Virus record (IMG/VR): IMGVR_UViG_3300012942_000012
Span: 1 to 46,295 of that record
DNA: 46,295 nt
From: a virus
Taxonomy: Duplodnaviria; Caudoviricetes
Direction: 5' to 3' (one strand)
Numbering within the stretch: the first letter of the stretch is position 1; each line of letters opens with the position of its first letter. The notes under the pieces are model-generated. The model was given only the letters and a program-made list of their open reading frames with translations, was not told the origin of the DNA and made no database searches. The position numbers were made by a program, and so were the translations under genes. This document shows positions 1-9,604 of this stretch, one piece after another.

Positions 1-123
1 CAAGGGCGATGACCGCACCTTCATCCAAGTAGGTATCGACTACATCAACGGCCTTGTCGCCCAAGCGGTCGCCGACGGCCGCGTCAACCCGCCAGCCGCC
101 GGCGAAGAACGCCAACTGGCCGG
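1..123. repeat. Terminal direct repeat, copy 1 (circular-assembly overlap)
   Basis: 1-123 is identical to 46173-46295, and one reading frame runs uninterrupted across the junction. Confidence 0.95.
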
Positions 124-3100
124 GGAATGGTTCGCCGCCAAACCAGAACAGGACATCATCGCCAGCGCCTACATCAACTGGGTCAACGTCATCTGCGAAA
201 ACGAAGCGTTCTTCCTGACCGTCAACTGCTATGACGCCGACAAGAACCTGATCGCCACCGTCACCGCCGACGACGCCGTCATCTCCGCACCCGAACCGAC
301 CAGCAACTGGAATTTCGTTCAGCTCAAATCCGCGTTCATCACCGCGCCCGGAACCGCCTGGGCATGCCCGGTAGTCGTGGTGACACCCGCTGCGATGCGC
401 TACGGCATCACCTGGGCCGACCAATTCGAGTTCGAGCCCACCAACATTATCGACGCCGCCTACCTTGACGTCACCAACATCCCACAACTATCCGGTCTGA
501 AAGTCGCAGGGCCACAAGGAATCGCTGACATTCTGACCGCATTCCAAAACTACATCGACCACCAAACATCGTCGGCGACGCAGACGCCGATGACCGGAGT
601 GCAATGGGCTCAAGCGTTCGACATTCTGGAAGCCCAAGCCCAGAAGACCAATACGGCATATCAACTCGGTGTCTACAACCACCAAATCCTGAGTAACCCA
701 GCGACACAGCCGTTTTGGATTGCGATGCAAAAAGAGGGACAGGCTACCTTCCCGTTGCCGGCCAATGGGACGATGCAAACCTCGACCATCGGGCCCGGCT
801 CGACACTGCTCGGTTACGACGTCGTGAGCCCCGCCTTGAAAGTCGGCTTCATCCAGATCATCGCCAAAGCCGCCACCACACCCACCAACATCAACCTGAA
901 CCTGTACACGATGGACGCGGCCACCGGGAACATGACCCAGGTCTACTCGTCGGCCGACATCTCATCCTCGATTTCCACCGGCGCACTGGCCTGGACACCG
1001 ATTCCCGTTCCCACCAACCAACCCGACCTTCCGCTGGGCCAAGATATCTGGTGGGAAATCGCCAATACCGGCAGCGTGTCCATCACCGTCGTCACACAGA
1101 CCGGCGATGCGCCTATCAAGCCCTACCTGATCCCGCCCGCCTCGGGAGCTGGCCGGCTCACCTCCAGCACCGGCGGCGCGGGGCCGGCCGCGCTGGTGCC
1201 CTCCCAGGTGTCCTACGGCCAGACCGTGCCGTTCGTCTGCATGAGCGTGTCCGACCTGCCGCCCACCTACTACCCACCCAACCAGACGCCGTTCACCTCA
1301 CCGGGCATCTTCGATTATTCGCCGCCGTCCTACCTGCAGGCAGGTGACTTCCTCGACGCAGTATTGCTGGCCGCGGGCGGCGGAGCGGGACAATTCGACG
1401 GCACCATTTTCAACGTCAACTACGGCCAAGGCGGCGGCGCCGGCGACTGGGCGACCGCCACCTACGTGTGGGGTACCGACATCCCCGTCGACACCGGCCT
1501 CAAGCTGATCATCGGCAACGGCGGCATACAGGACGGCAACGGCGGCGACACTATCCTGGGATACGGGATCCAAACCCCGGCACCCAGCGCCACCGGGATC
1601 AGCGTCGCAGGCGGCAACGCGTCAACACGGACACTGTCACAGACCTTCACCGCTGCCGCAGGCGACTACGTCATCGTCGCGCTGTCGACAACCTGGGGCA
1701 CGTTCGATGTCACCTACGACGGCCTCCCGATGATCCCCCTCGGCCTGGTCTACAACGGCAACAGAGGCGCCTCGGGTGCGCTGTGCTTGTTCGGTCTACC
1801 GAACGCTCCCGGCGGCCCCAAGACGATCGTCGCGAACTTCGCCCGAAAATGTTGGGCCATCATGCAAGCCGCCTCCTACAGCGGCATTTCCTGCGCCGGG
1901 CTCGTGCAGTCAATATACGGACACAACGCCACACCATCGCAATCAGTCGAGTGCGTGCCGAACCAGATCATCGTGCAAGCCTTCGGCGCCAACATCGCGC
2001 AGATGAGCCTCTTCACCGGAGGCATAAACCGGCTGTCGGGCTCCAACCCGGTGAGCAGAGTCACCGGCGCCGCTCACTACCCATTGGGACTTTCGCTTTC
2101 CGACTCAACGAGCAGCACCACATTCGGCGCCACCCTCAACATGCCCGACTATTGGGGCGGCATCGCTGTCTGCCTCAACCCAGGCCTGGATACTGAGCTA
2201 CTCCACGCCGTCGGCGGCTCCGGCGGCGGCCCGGGCGGCGCGGCCAACTACAACCCCGCCAACCCGGTCACCAACGCTACCGGCGCCTCACCGGGAACCA
2301 AGTCCTGGGCAGGCCGTTTCTACAGCGGCGGCCCCGCCACCACCGCCACTCACCTGCGGGGCAACTCCCCCGGCGGCGGCGCCGCCGGCGGCGACACCGC
2401 CGCCGGCCCATCCCCGGGCGGTGATGCTGCCGCCTGGGTGACAGCGCGGCGCGGCGCATCATCAGGGGGCACCGTGGGCGGCGGCAGCGGGATCGGCGGC
2501 GGCGGACCCGAATTGTCGGTGCTCTTCGAAGCCGCGGGAACCGGGCAAGAAAACGTGGGCAAAACATCGGCAGCGTTGTCTCACATCTCTGCGGGCGGAT
2601 CGACATGCTGTGTGGTCCTAATCGGCGCCATCGCCTTCTCCAACGGCACCGTCGTGGCAACCGGAACCTACGGAAACAACACCGATTTCAACATCAACCT
2701 CGACCAGGCCACGTATTACAACGTGAACGGAACCGCCGTCTGGATTTTCGCGATGGCGCTGTTCGGACCGCCCAGCGGAACCCAAACCGTCACCCTGAGC
2801 ACCGCCGGCAGCACAGCCACCATCAACGACATGGCCTTCAACACGTTCTCCTACCAAAACGTCGGCGACATCGGGAACTGGTACCACAATTCCGGCCACA
2901 ACACGACGCCGACACTTCCCAGTATCGCCACCGAAATCGGCGAGATAGCCATCGCCGGATTCGCCGACATCAGCAAGGTTCTCAGCGCCTTCAACAAGAC
3001 GCAACGGTGGGCACAGACCGTCACTGCCAGTATCCCGATGATCGCCGGCGACGTCGCCGGCGACGGATCGAACCAGATCTTCCAAGCTACAGCCGCGGCA

Positions 3101-3148
3101 ACCGATTACTGGGGAGGTGTCGGTGGTGTCCTCAAACCATCCTCCTAG
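1..3148 (+). CDS. Large minor tail protein, 3' part (full gene 44632..46172 + 1..3148, ~1562 aa)
   Basis: The frame is open from base 2 into the 377..3148 ORF. It has a Gly-rich domain and two copies of a beta-rich module ending DYWGG(I/V), and lies downstream of the other minor tail genes. Confidence 0.85.
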   Translation, partial: KGDDRTFIQVGIDYINGLVAQAVADGRVNPPAAGEERQLAGEWFAAKPEQDIIASAYINWVNVICENEAFFLTVNCYDADKNLIATVTADDAVISAPEPTSNWNFVQLKSAFITAPGTAWACPVVVVTPAAMRYGITWADQFEFEPTNIIDAAYLDVTNIPQLSGLKVAGPQGIADILTAFQNYIDHQTSSATQTPMTGVQWAQAFDILEAQAQKTNTAYQLGVYNHQILSNPATQPFWIAMQKEGQATFPLPANGTMQTSTIGPGSTLLGYDVVSPALKVGFIQIIAKAATTPTNINLNLYTMDAATGNMTQVYSSADISSSISTGALAWTPIPVPTNQPDLPLGQDIWWEIANTGSVSITVVTQTGDAPIKPYLIPPASGAGRLTSSTGGAGPAALVPSQVSYGQTVPFVCMSVSDLPPTYYPPNQTPFTSPGIFDYSPPSYLQAGDFLDAVLLAAGGGAGQFDGTIFNVNYGQGGGAGDWATATYVWGTDIPVDTGLKLIIGNGGIQDGNGGDTILGYGIQTPAPSATGISVAGGNASTRTLSQTFTAAAGDYVIVALSTTWGTFDVTYDGLPMIPLGLVYNGNRGASGALCLFGLPNAPGGPKTIVANFARKCWAIMQAASYSGISCAGLVQSIYGHNATPSQSVECVPNQIIVQAFGANIAQMSLFTGGINRLSGSNPVSRVTGAAHYPLGLSLSDSTSSTTFGATLNMPDYWGGIAVCLNPGLDTELLHAVGGSGGGPGGAANYNPANPVTNATGASPGTKSWAGRFYSGGPATTATHLRGNSPGGGAAGGDTAAGPSPGGDAAAWVTARRGASSGGTVGGGSGIGGGGPELSVLFEAAGTGQENVGKTSAALSHISAGGSTCCVVLIGAIAFSNGTVVATGTYGNNTDFNINLDQATYYNVNGTAVWIFAMALFGPPSGTQTVTLSTAGSTATINDMAFNTFSYQNVGDIGNWYHNSGHNTTPTLPSIATEIGEIAIAGFADISKVLSAFNKTQRWAQTVTASIPMIAGDVAGDGSNQIFQATAAATDYWGGVGGVLKPSS

Positions 3149-3157
3149 GACCACGGC

Positions 3158-4120
3158 ATGACCTTCACCACCGGTGGGCCACCACCGCCCGGGATTACCT
3201 GGCAAGCCCTGATTTTCAAGCAATTCGGACTGGCGGTCGATCCCCAGATCAAGGTGCAGCAGAACCCCGACGCCGCATTCAACCTCTCCGTCACGCCGAC
3301 GATAGGGATGCGGCCGCCGTCGAAATTCCGGATTCACCTGGCCCCGATGCTCGCGATGAGCGGCGGTAGCGAGACTGCTGGCGAGTTTGACATGGCCGTG
3401 TCGCCGCGGCTCGGCTTCGGCAACGCGCCATCTACGGCGCTCACTCTCGGTGTGACACCGATGATTTCGATGAATGGACAGGAAAAAGAACGCGGCATGT
3501 TCGCGTTGATCGTCAGCCCCTCGCTAGGGATGACCGCAGCATCCAACGTTGTCTACGACGCGACAGGTGCAGGCGCCAACGGCGTTTCTGCGGCGCCATC
3601 CTGGGCACACGTCGCAACGCCCGGCGCATACGTGCTGGCGCTTGTGACCGCCGCTGGCGCTACAGTCACCTCGGCGAAATACGGTTCCAGCGCGATGTCG
3701 ATTCTTGGCAGCATCGGTCTGAATAACAACCCCGCCAACGGCACGGTGACCTTGCTAGGACTGGCAAATGCCCCCAGCGGGCTCACCACGATATCGGTGA
3801 ATCTCTCGGGCAGCCACACGTTTACAGCCAACTCTGTCTCATACACGAATGTGGCGACAGTCGGTACACCAACTACCAGCTACGGCTCGAGCGCGACACC
3901 GTCGCTCACCGCCGCTGGCGGTGGCGGAAAATTGATTGTCTGCGGATTCGGTGCTCACACAAACGCGTTCAGTGGCAGCAGCGGCGGAACACAACGTTAC
4001 ACCGGCGGCACCACAGCTTCACTGCTTATCGCAGACTCGCTGCCCTCAACGACGTTCAGAGGAACGCTAGGAGCGTCCGACGTATGGGGCGGCATTGCCG
4101 TCGCACTGAATTCCCACTGA
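3158..4120 (+). CDS. Minor tail protein
   Basis: 320 aa with N-terminal (V/L)xPx(I/L)GM-type repeats and a C-terminal third copy of the xxWGGIAV module. Confidence 0.75.
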   Translation: MTFTTGGPPPPGITWQALIFKQFGLAVDPQIKVQQNPDAAFNLSVTPTIGMRPPSKFRIHLAPMLAMSGGSETAGEFDMAVSPRLGFGNAPSTALTLGVTPMISMNGQEKERGMFALIVSPSLGMTAASNVVYDATGAGANGVSAAPSWAHVATPGAYVLALVTAAGATVTSAKYGSSAMSILGSIGLNNNPANGTVTLLGLANAPSGLTTISVNLSGSHTFTANSVSYTNVATVGTPTTSYGSSATPSLTAAGGGGKLIVCGFGAHTNAFSGSSGGTQRYTGGTTASLLIADSLPSTTFRGTLGASDVWGGIAVALNSH

Positions 4121-4214
4121 CACACCGGATTTAAAGCGAACCAACCCACCCTTCCGAGATTTTCCCGTCTCAAAGGGCGGCCATTCAATCCTGCTCACGA
4201 AAGGGCATACCACC

Positions 4215-4928
4215 ATGGGAATACCCGCTGGCACACACCAAATCGCCGCCAACGCCATCGCCTCACTCGTCGGCTACTACAGCCTGCACACCGGCGCCGG
4301 CGGCGGCACCACCGGCGCCAACGAAGCATCCGGCGGCAGCTACGGCCGCGTCGCCACCGGAGTCGGCGTCGCTGACGGAGTCGGCGACGTCACCTTTCCC
4401 CAGCAGAACCTTCCCTGTGCGGCCGCCACCTACACCGAGGGCGGATTCTGGGCCACTCAGGCAGGAACCCAACTCTCGGCGCCCTCCGGTGTCACCGCGG
4501 CGCTGGCCGCCGGAGGGAGCCTCGCGGCCGGCACCACCGTCTACTACAAACTGACGGCGTTCAACTGGAACGGCGAAACCATCGCCAGCGCCGAAGTTTC
4601 GGCCACCCCCACCAGCGGCAACCAGTCAGTGACCATCACCTGGTCCGCGCTCACCGGTGTAAGCGGACTGACCGGAATCGCAGCCCTGGTCGCCGGCTTC
4701 AAGCTCTACCGCGGCACCACCGCCGGCGGGGAAAACACCCTCGTCGCCACCATCGCCGCCAGTGCACTCACCTACACCGACACCGGCGCAGCCGGCACCT
4801 CGCTGACCCCGCCGCTGACCAACACCGCCTCCACCTTCGTCGGCTCGGCGCCCTTCACCGGCGGCAACGTCGTGGTCACCGGCACCGGGGGCGCGTCGGT
4901 GAACCTGACCGGAACGGTGACGGCCTAA
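4215..4928 (+). CDS. Minor tail/structural protein with inserted FN3-like domain
   Basis: SLHTG..GTTGANEASGGSYGR motif of small mycobacteriophage tail proteins; internal APSG..YYKLTAFN..GET..W..YRG..YTD segment; AAGGG RBS. Confidence 0.7.
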   Translation: MGIPAGTHQIAANAIASLVGYYSLHTGAGGGTTGANEASGGSYGRVATGVGVADGVGDVTFPQQNLPCAAATYTEGGFWATQAGTQLSAPSGVTAALAAGGSLAAGTTVYYKLTAFNWNGETIASAEVSATPTSGNQSVTITWSALTGVSGLTGIAALVAGFKLYRGTTAGGENTLVATIAASALTYTDTGAAGTSLTPPLTNTASTFVGSAPFTGGNVVVTGTGGASVNLTGTVTA

Positions 4929-5263
4929 TGCAAGTCAAAGAGGTCTTCGCCGACACCGATCAGGAAGTCCAGCTGATGGGCACCGAACGAATGGTGCTCA
5001 CCGACCGCCGAAGCACGCCACCCGGGCTGGCGATCGCCACCGCAGACCGCCTCGGTGGCCAATCGTGGATTGTCAACGCCGCCAACGGAACTATCCCGCC
5101 GATCACCGTCGCTGACCGTCCCGCAGCCCTGGACGCCATGAACGACATCGCCCTACAGGTGGGCGGCGCCGACAGCTACTCGGTGCTCGAGCCCAACCTG
5201 TCCATCAACGGCGAATTGGTTCCGCTGCGCCAGATCGACAACTACATCGCGGCCCAACAATAA
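4928..5263 (+). CDS. Hypothetical protein
   Basis: 111 aa, TAATG coupling to the upstream gene, phage-like codon usage. Confidence 0.7.
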   Translation: MQVKEVFADTDQEVQLMGTERMVLTDRRSTPPGLAIATADRLGGQSWIVNAANGTIPPITVADRPAALDAMNDIALQVGGADSYSVLEPNLSINGELVPLRQIDNYIAAQQ

Positions 5264-5273
5264 CGACCCCACC

Positions 5274-5381
5274 ATGACGCTGCCCGACGCGCTCACCATC
5301 GTCAGCGCGTCATTCGCCGTCGGCTTCATCTGCCACTGGCTGATCAGCACCCTCTACCACCATCCACCGAAAGGCCACTGA
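5274..5381 (+). CDS. 35-aa single-TM micro-protein (MTLPDALTIVSASFAVGFICHWLISTLYHHPPKGH)
   Basis: Translated by hand; fills the gap exactly; TGATG overlap with the next gene; hydrophobic core. Confidence 0.6.
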   Translation: MTLPDALTIVSASFAVGFICHWLISTLYHHPPKGH

Positions 5382-6118
5382 TGCACACCGTCACCCGCCA
5401 CGACTACGACCCCACCGACCCCCGCCTGGGCCGCCACGTCAAACACGACTCCCGGTCTCTGGACTACGCGTTCCTGCCCCGCGACGCCAAACCCAAAGGC
5501 GTCAACACGTTCTGGAACAGCGGCACCGGACCGCTCAACCAGGGCCAGGTCGGCTCCTGCACCGGCAACGCCACCGCCCAATGGCTCAACACCACCTTCG
5601 CCGCCCCAGTGCGCACACTCACCCACAACGGCAAATACCTCAGCGAGGCCGACGCCCTGGCGATCTACTCGCTGGGCACCCACCTCGACCACACCCGCGG
5701 CGTCTACCCGCCCGACGACACCGGCTGCAACGGCATCAGCGTCGCCAAGGCCGCCGAAAAACTCGGCTACCTCGACAGCTACCGGCACATCTTCAGCTTC
5801 ACCTCACTGCAGGCCGCCCTGGAAGTCACCCCCGTCATCTGCGGCACCCTATGGACCCACACCATGTACCAGCCCAACAACGGTCTGGTCGACATCGGCC
5901 CGCTGACCGACTCCAACATCGCCGGCGGCCACGAATACCTCGCCTGCGGACTGGATTTCACCGAGGAAGTCGTCATCTTCCGCAACTCCTGGGGTGACCA
6001 AGACGACTGGCCGGGCTGCAAACCCGGCGGCTACTTCGCCATCGGATTCACCGACTACCGCGACCTGCTCGCCACGCACGGCGACGCCACCGTCCTGCAC
6101 GGCAAAGGCCAACGCTGA
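5381..6118 (+). CDS. Papain-like (C1A) cysteine peptidase
   Basis: PLNQGQVGSCTGNA (oxyanion Q, catalytic C), GGHEYL (H) and FRNSWG (N). Confidence 0.85.
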   Translation: MHTVTRHDYDPTDPRLGRHVKHDSRSLDYAFLPRDAKPKGVNTFWNSGTGPLNQGQVGSCTGNATAQWLNTTFAAPVRTLTHNGKYLSEADALAIYSLGTHLDHTRGVYPPDDTGCNGISVAKAAEKLGYLDSYRHIFSFTSLQAALEVTPVICGTLWTHTMYQPNNGLVDIGPLTDSNIAGGHEYLACGLDFTEEVVIFRNSWGDQDDWPGCKPGGYFAIGFTDYRDLLATHGDATVLHGKGQR

Positions 6119-7653
6119 TGGCCGTCACCCGCAAAAACATCAGCTTCGCCCAGCAGATCGCCATCGACCGCCGCAACGACCCCTACGCCTACGGCGGCAA
6201 CTGGAACCCGTTCGACCGCGGCCAAGGCGACGACTGCTCAGGCACCGTCGTCGACGAACTCGACGCCGCCCTCAACGGAACCACCATGGCCTGGTCGCGA
6301 CACGGCCTGTCCACCGAGGACTGGCGGCCACCCTCAATGGGGGGCGCCGCTGACCACACCAACGGTCCCTTCGGCACCATCATGGTCGACTCACCCGAGC
6401 AGTTCCCCGCCGATGCCGCCGTACTGATCGCCTTGCACCACGGGCCCGGCGGCGGCGAGAACTCCCACATGTGGTGCCAAGTCGACAAACTCAAGATCGA
6501 AACCAACGGCGACGACGGCACCGTGCTCAACGACGGCGTCCACTTCACCGACGACGTGCTCGACGTGCACACCGTCGACGGAGCCAACGGCCAATACGGG
6601 GCGAACAACTGGTGGTATCTGCCCGGCCCAATCATCGAAGACGGCACCCCCACACCCACCGGGCCCAGCCCCACCGGAGCCGTGCTGGCCCCCGTCGGCG
6701 AAGCCCCCGATACCCTCTGGGCCGACGTCTCCGAATTCCAAGTCCCAGTCGACGATTCCTACGCACAGGCCACCTACACCGACCAAGACCAACAATGGCC
6801 CTACCGGTGGATCTCGATCCGCTCCAACGACGGCGACCACATCGACGACCACTTCACCGAAAACTACCAGTGGTGTGTCACGGCATGCCAAAACGGTTGG
6901 CTCGACGGGTTTTTCGTCTACTTCTACTGGCGGCCGGGATCCGCAGACGTCGACACCCACATGCAGCTCGTTCAAGACCAGGGCGGCCCCCACCCAAAGA
7001 TGGTTTCGATGATGGACGTCGAATCCGGCGGCAACCCCGGCGGCGACCAATCCAGCGAACTCAACGACGAATACACCCGGCTGACCACCTGGCTCGGCGA
7101 CGAACGCCGCGTCGTCGGCTACGCCAACATCAACGACGAAAAGACGATGTGGCAGACCAAGCCCATCCCCAACACGCCGTTCATCATCGCCGCCTACGGC
7201 GCCAACCCCAACGACGCCACCGTGTACAAGTTCGCCCACCAATACACCGACGGACAAGGCTACGGCGGCGGATTACCCGAAGGCGCACCACCTTTCGGCA
7301 ACTGCGACATGAACAGCGCCGACGGACTGAGCCCCAGCCAGCTCGCCAGCATCCTCGGCGTAGGAGACAACACCGCGGCGCCGGCGCCCGATCCCACGCC
7401 GCCCGCCGGGCCCGGACCGGCCTACCCAGGCCAACCCGAATGGCTCCAAGGCATGTCGGACCGCCAGGTCCTCGACCTGCTCGCCGTCCAGGCACTCGGG
7501 CCCGAGGGTAAAGGCTGGCCCCAAGGCGGCGCCGACACGCAGGCCATCGCCGATCTGGAGGTCAAAGTCGCTGCCGGGGGCCCACTCTCACCCGTCGACA
7601 TCGTCTCGTGGATGAAACACCACGTCAGCACCCACAAAAACCCCACCCCCTAG
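6118..7653 (+). CDS. lysA: Lysin A (N-terminal NlpC/P60-like peptidase, GH25-like muramidase, C-terminal cell-wall-binding region)
   Basis: PYAYGG..DDCSG..HMW; TLWADVSEFQ..MMDVESGGN..HQYTDG..CDMNSADG; Pro-rich linkers; C-terminal GPEGKGWPQ. Confidence 0.9.
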   Translation: MAVTRKNISFAQQIAIDRRNDPYAYGGNWNPFDRGQGDDCSGTVVDELDAALNGTTMAWSRHGLSTEDWRPPSMGGAADHTNGPFGTIMVDSPEQFPADAAVLIALHHGPGGGENSHMWCQVDKLKIETNGDDGTVLNDGVHFTDDVLDVHTVDGANGQYGANNWWYLPGPIIEDGTPTPTGPSPTGAVLAPVGEAPDTLWADVSEFQVPVDDSYAQATYTDQDQQWPYRWISIRSNDGDHIDDHFTENYQWCVTACQNGWLDGFFVYFYWRPGSADVDTHMQLVQDQGGPHPKMVSMMDVESGGNPGGDQSSELNDEYTRLTTWLGDERRVVGYANINDEKTMWQTKPIPNTPFIIAAYGANPNDATVYKFAHQYTDGQGYGGGLPEGAPPFGNCDMNSADGLSPSQLASILGVGDNTAAPAPDPTPPAGPGPAYPGQPEWLQGMSDRQVLDLLAVQALGPEGKGWPQGGADTQAIADLEVKVAAGGPLSPVDIVSWMKHHVSTHKNPTP

Positions 7654-7669
7654 AAGAAAGAGAACTCAA

Positions 7670-8044
7670 ATGTCTGGTGACCCAGGACAAGTCGCACTCG
7701 ACGGCCGCGCCAACGGTGCGGTCACCCTGTACAACGCGGCAGGTCAGCCCATCATCATCCAAGACGGTCAGGCACTGCCGTGGCGGCCGGTCAAGCTGTA
7801 CCGGCCCGTCACCGACAGCCGAGACCGCAACGCCGCCCGCAACAGCGGCACGCTCGGCGCCGCCGGCATGGGCGGCCCGGCCGCCGGAACCGTCTGGGAC
7901 ACCCCCAGCACGCTGGACCAAAACACCGTGCTGTCCGAGGAACTGACGAAGGTGTACGTCGACCCCACGGGCAACGGCTGGACTCTGCACGACATGGTGC
8001 TCGAGCTGTTCAAAGACCTGCAGAAGCGGCAGGCCGGCGCATGA
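7670..8044 (+). CDS. Hypothetical protein between lysA and lysB
   Basis: 124 aa with an ATGA overlap to lysB. Confidence 0.7.
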   Translation: MSGDPGQVALDGRANGAVTLYNAAGQPIIIQDGQALPWRPVKLYRPVTDSRDRNAARNSGTLGAAGMGGPAAGTVWDTPSTLDQNTVLSEELTKVYVDPTGNGWTLHDMVLELFKDLQKRQAGA

Positions 8045-9192
8045 GCGGGCGCGGCATGACGGCCGCGCTCGACGGCCAGTACTGGGTCCGCCACGCATGG
8101 CTCACCTGCTCTGGCACGTGGGCCGCGCCCGGCACCGGCTACCCGTCATGGATCGTCCAAGGCGCCAACCCCGACCTGGTCGAAGAAATCCCCGTGCAAG
8201 CGCCCTGGTCGTTCGGGCCCGTCAACGCACCGGATCCCAACTCGCCGAGCTACGCCGACAGCATCCAGATCGGCTACGGCAACGCCAAAGCGTGGCTGTT
8301 CGCCAACCCGCTGCGCACCTTCGGCCTCGGCGGCTACTCCCAAGGCGGCGAGTGCGCGGCCATGATCCGGCAGGCACTCTCCCCCGGCGGCGAGCTCGAG
8401 CAGTTCATGCCGAACTACATCGGCGGATTCACCCTCGGCAACCCGCGCCGCCTCGCAGGCCACACCGGCGGCGGCGCACCGGATCCCGGCGGCGCCGGCA
8501 TCTCCACCACTCTGATGACCGCCGCCGACGTCGACGACCAGTGGTGGGACGAAGCCAACGGCCCCGCCAATGGCGCCCCCGGCATCGACATGTACACGGC
8601 CACACCGACGAACACCGCAGGCGCGATCATCCGCACCTTCTACGACATGGCCACCCACATCGGCCTCGGTCACCCCGACGTGATGTTCATGAGCATCGTC
8701 AAAGGCGTGATCGAACTGTTCGTCGAGGTCGCCGGCATCAACCCCACACAGATCACCAAGGCGCAAACCCAGCTCCCCACCGGCGGCATCCTGGGCGCGC
8801 TCGGCAACCTGATTCCGATCTTCGGCGGCGGCGGCAGCATCCTGAGCCTGGTCGGCGACCTGACGCACAGCGCGCTGCCCACCCTGACGGGGCCGTTCGC
8901 GGTCCTGGGCCCGCTGGCCGCCCTGGCGATCCCGCTGCTGGGAAACGCGCAGCTGCCCAACCTGTTCCAGGCCGCCGCCGGCGCCAACGGAATCGTCAAC
9001 ATTATCGGGAATCTGCCCGTCGCCGACGCCATCGAAGCGGCAATCATCGCGCTCAAATTCCTCTTCGAAGGAACCGGGCCGCACATCACCTACGAATCCA
9101 CCGACGCAACACCCGGGATCAATCACATCGCTCACGCGATCGGGCACGTCAACTCCTGCAGCGCCGCAGTCACACCCCGCGCTGCGGCATAA
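8041..9192 (+). CDS. lysB: Lysin B (cutinase-like alpha/beta hydrolase)
   Basis: GYSQG at 8332-8346, GNPRR, DMY and GPH motifs; start re-assigned to ATG 8041 (ATGA overlap). Confidence 0.9.
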   Translation: MSGRGMTAALDGQYWVRHAWLTCSGTWAAPGTGYPSWIVQGANPDLVEEIPVQAPWSFGPVNAPDPNSPSYADSIQIGYGNAKAWLFANPLRTFGLGGYSQGGECAAMIRQALSPGGELEQFMPNYIGGFTLGNPRRLAGHTGGGAPDPGGAGISTTLMTAADVDDQWWDEANGPANGAPGIDMYTATPTNTAGAIIRTFYDMATHIGLGHPDVMFMSIVKGVIELFVEVAGINPTQITKAQTQLPTGGILGALGNLIPIFGGGGSILSLVGDLTHSALPTLTGPFAVLGPLAALAIPLLGNAQLPNLFQAAAGANGIVNIIGNLPVADAIEAAIIALKFLFEGTGPHITYESTDATPGINHIAHAIGHVNSCSAAVTPRAAA

Positions 9193-9217
9193 CCACCAAC
9201 TGGAAAGGGCTACTACC

Positions 9218-9604
9218 GTGCAGATACTCGCAAAGATCAAGGCGTTCCTGTCGACGCCGCTGTTCAACAACATCCGGGCCATGGTGTACGTCGCGGTACC
9301 CGCGGTGCTGCTCGAGCTGGTCCGTGAAGGACGCATCTCCCAGGACAACGCCACCCTGTGGACGGCGGTCGTCGTCGCCGCCTCAGGACCCGCACTCGCG
9401 GCGATCTTCGCCCCGAACGGATGGCGCACCTACCTGTCGTCTCTGCTGATCCCGGTCCAAGGGCTGCTCGTCGGGCTCGGCGGCGCAACCCATACCTGGC
9501 TACTGCTCGGCGCCGCCGTGGTGGGCTCGTTCATCAGTTCGGGTATCTGGGCCGCCAACGTCCACACGATCGGCACGGCCGACGCCGCCCACGGCGGTGA
9601 GTGA
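9218..9604 (+). CDS. Holin
   Basis: 128 aa with about 4 hydrophobic segments, immediately after lysB. Confidence 0.75.
   Translation: MQILAKIKAFLSTPLFNNIRAMVYVAVPAVLLELVREGRISQDNATLWTAVVVAASGPALAAIFAPNGWRTYLSSLLIPVQGLLVGLGGATHTWLLLGAAVVGSFISSGIWAANVHTIGTADAAHGGE

Noticed and set aside
1-123. Biological terminal repeat
   Set aside because: Falls mid-gene, far from the terminase/HNH region; best explained as assembly overlap
377-379. Start codon at 377 from the ORF track
   Set aside because: The frame is open upstream across the junction to ATG 44632
1570-4120. Diversity-generating retroelement or invertible tail shufflon
   Set aside because: No reverse transcriptase, no near-identical TR/VR pair, and no inverted cassettes or adjacent invertase seen
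8097-9449. Long Arg/Pro-rich alternative-frame and antisense ORFs here and throughout
   Set aside because: Shadow ORFs caused by high GC3; they overlap well-supported genes
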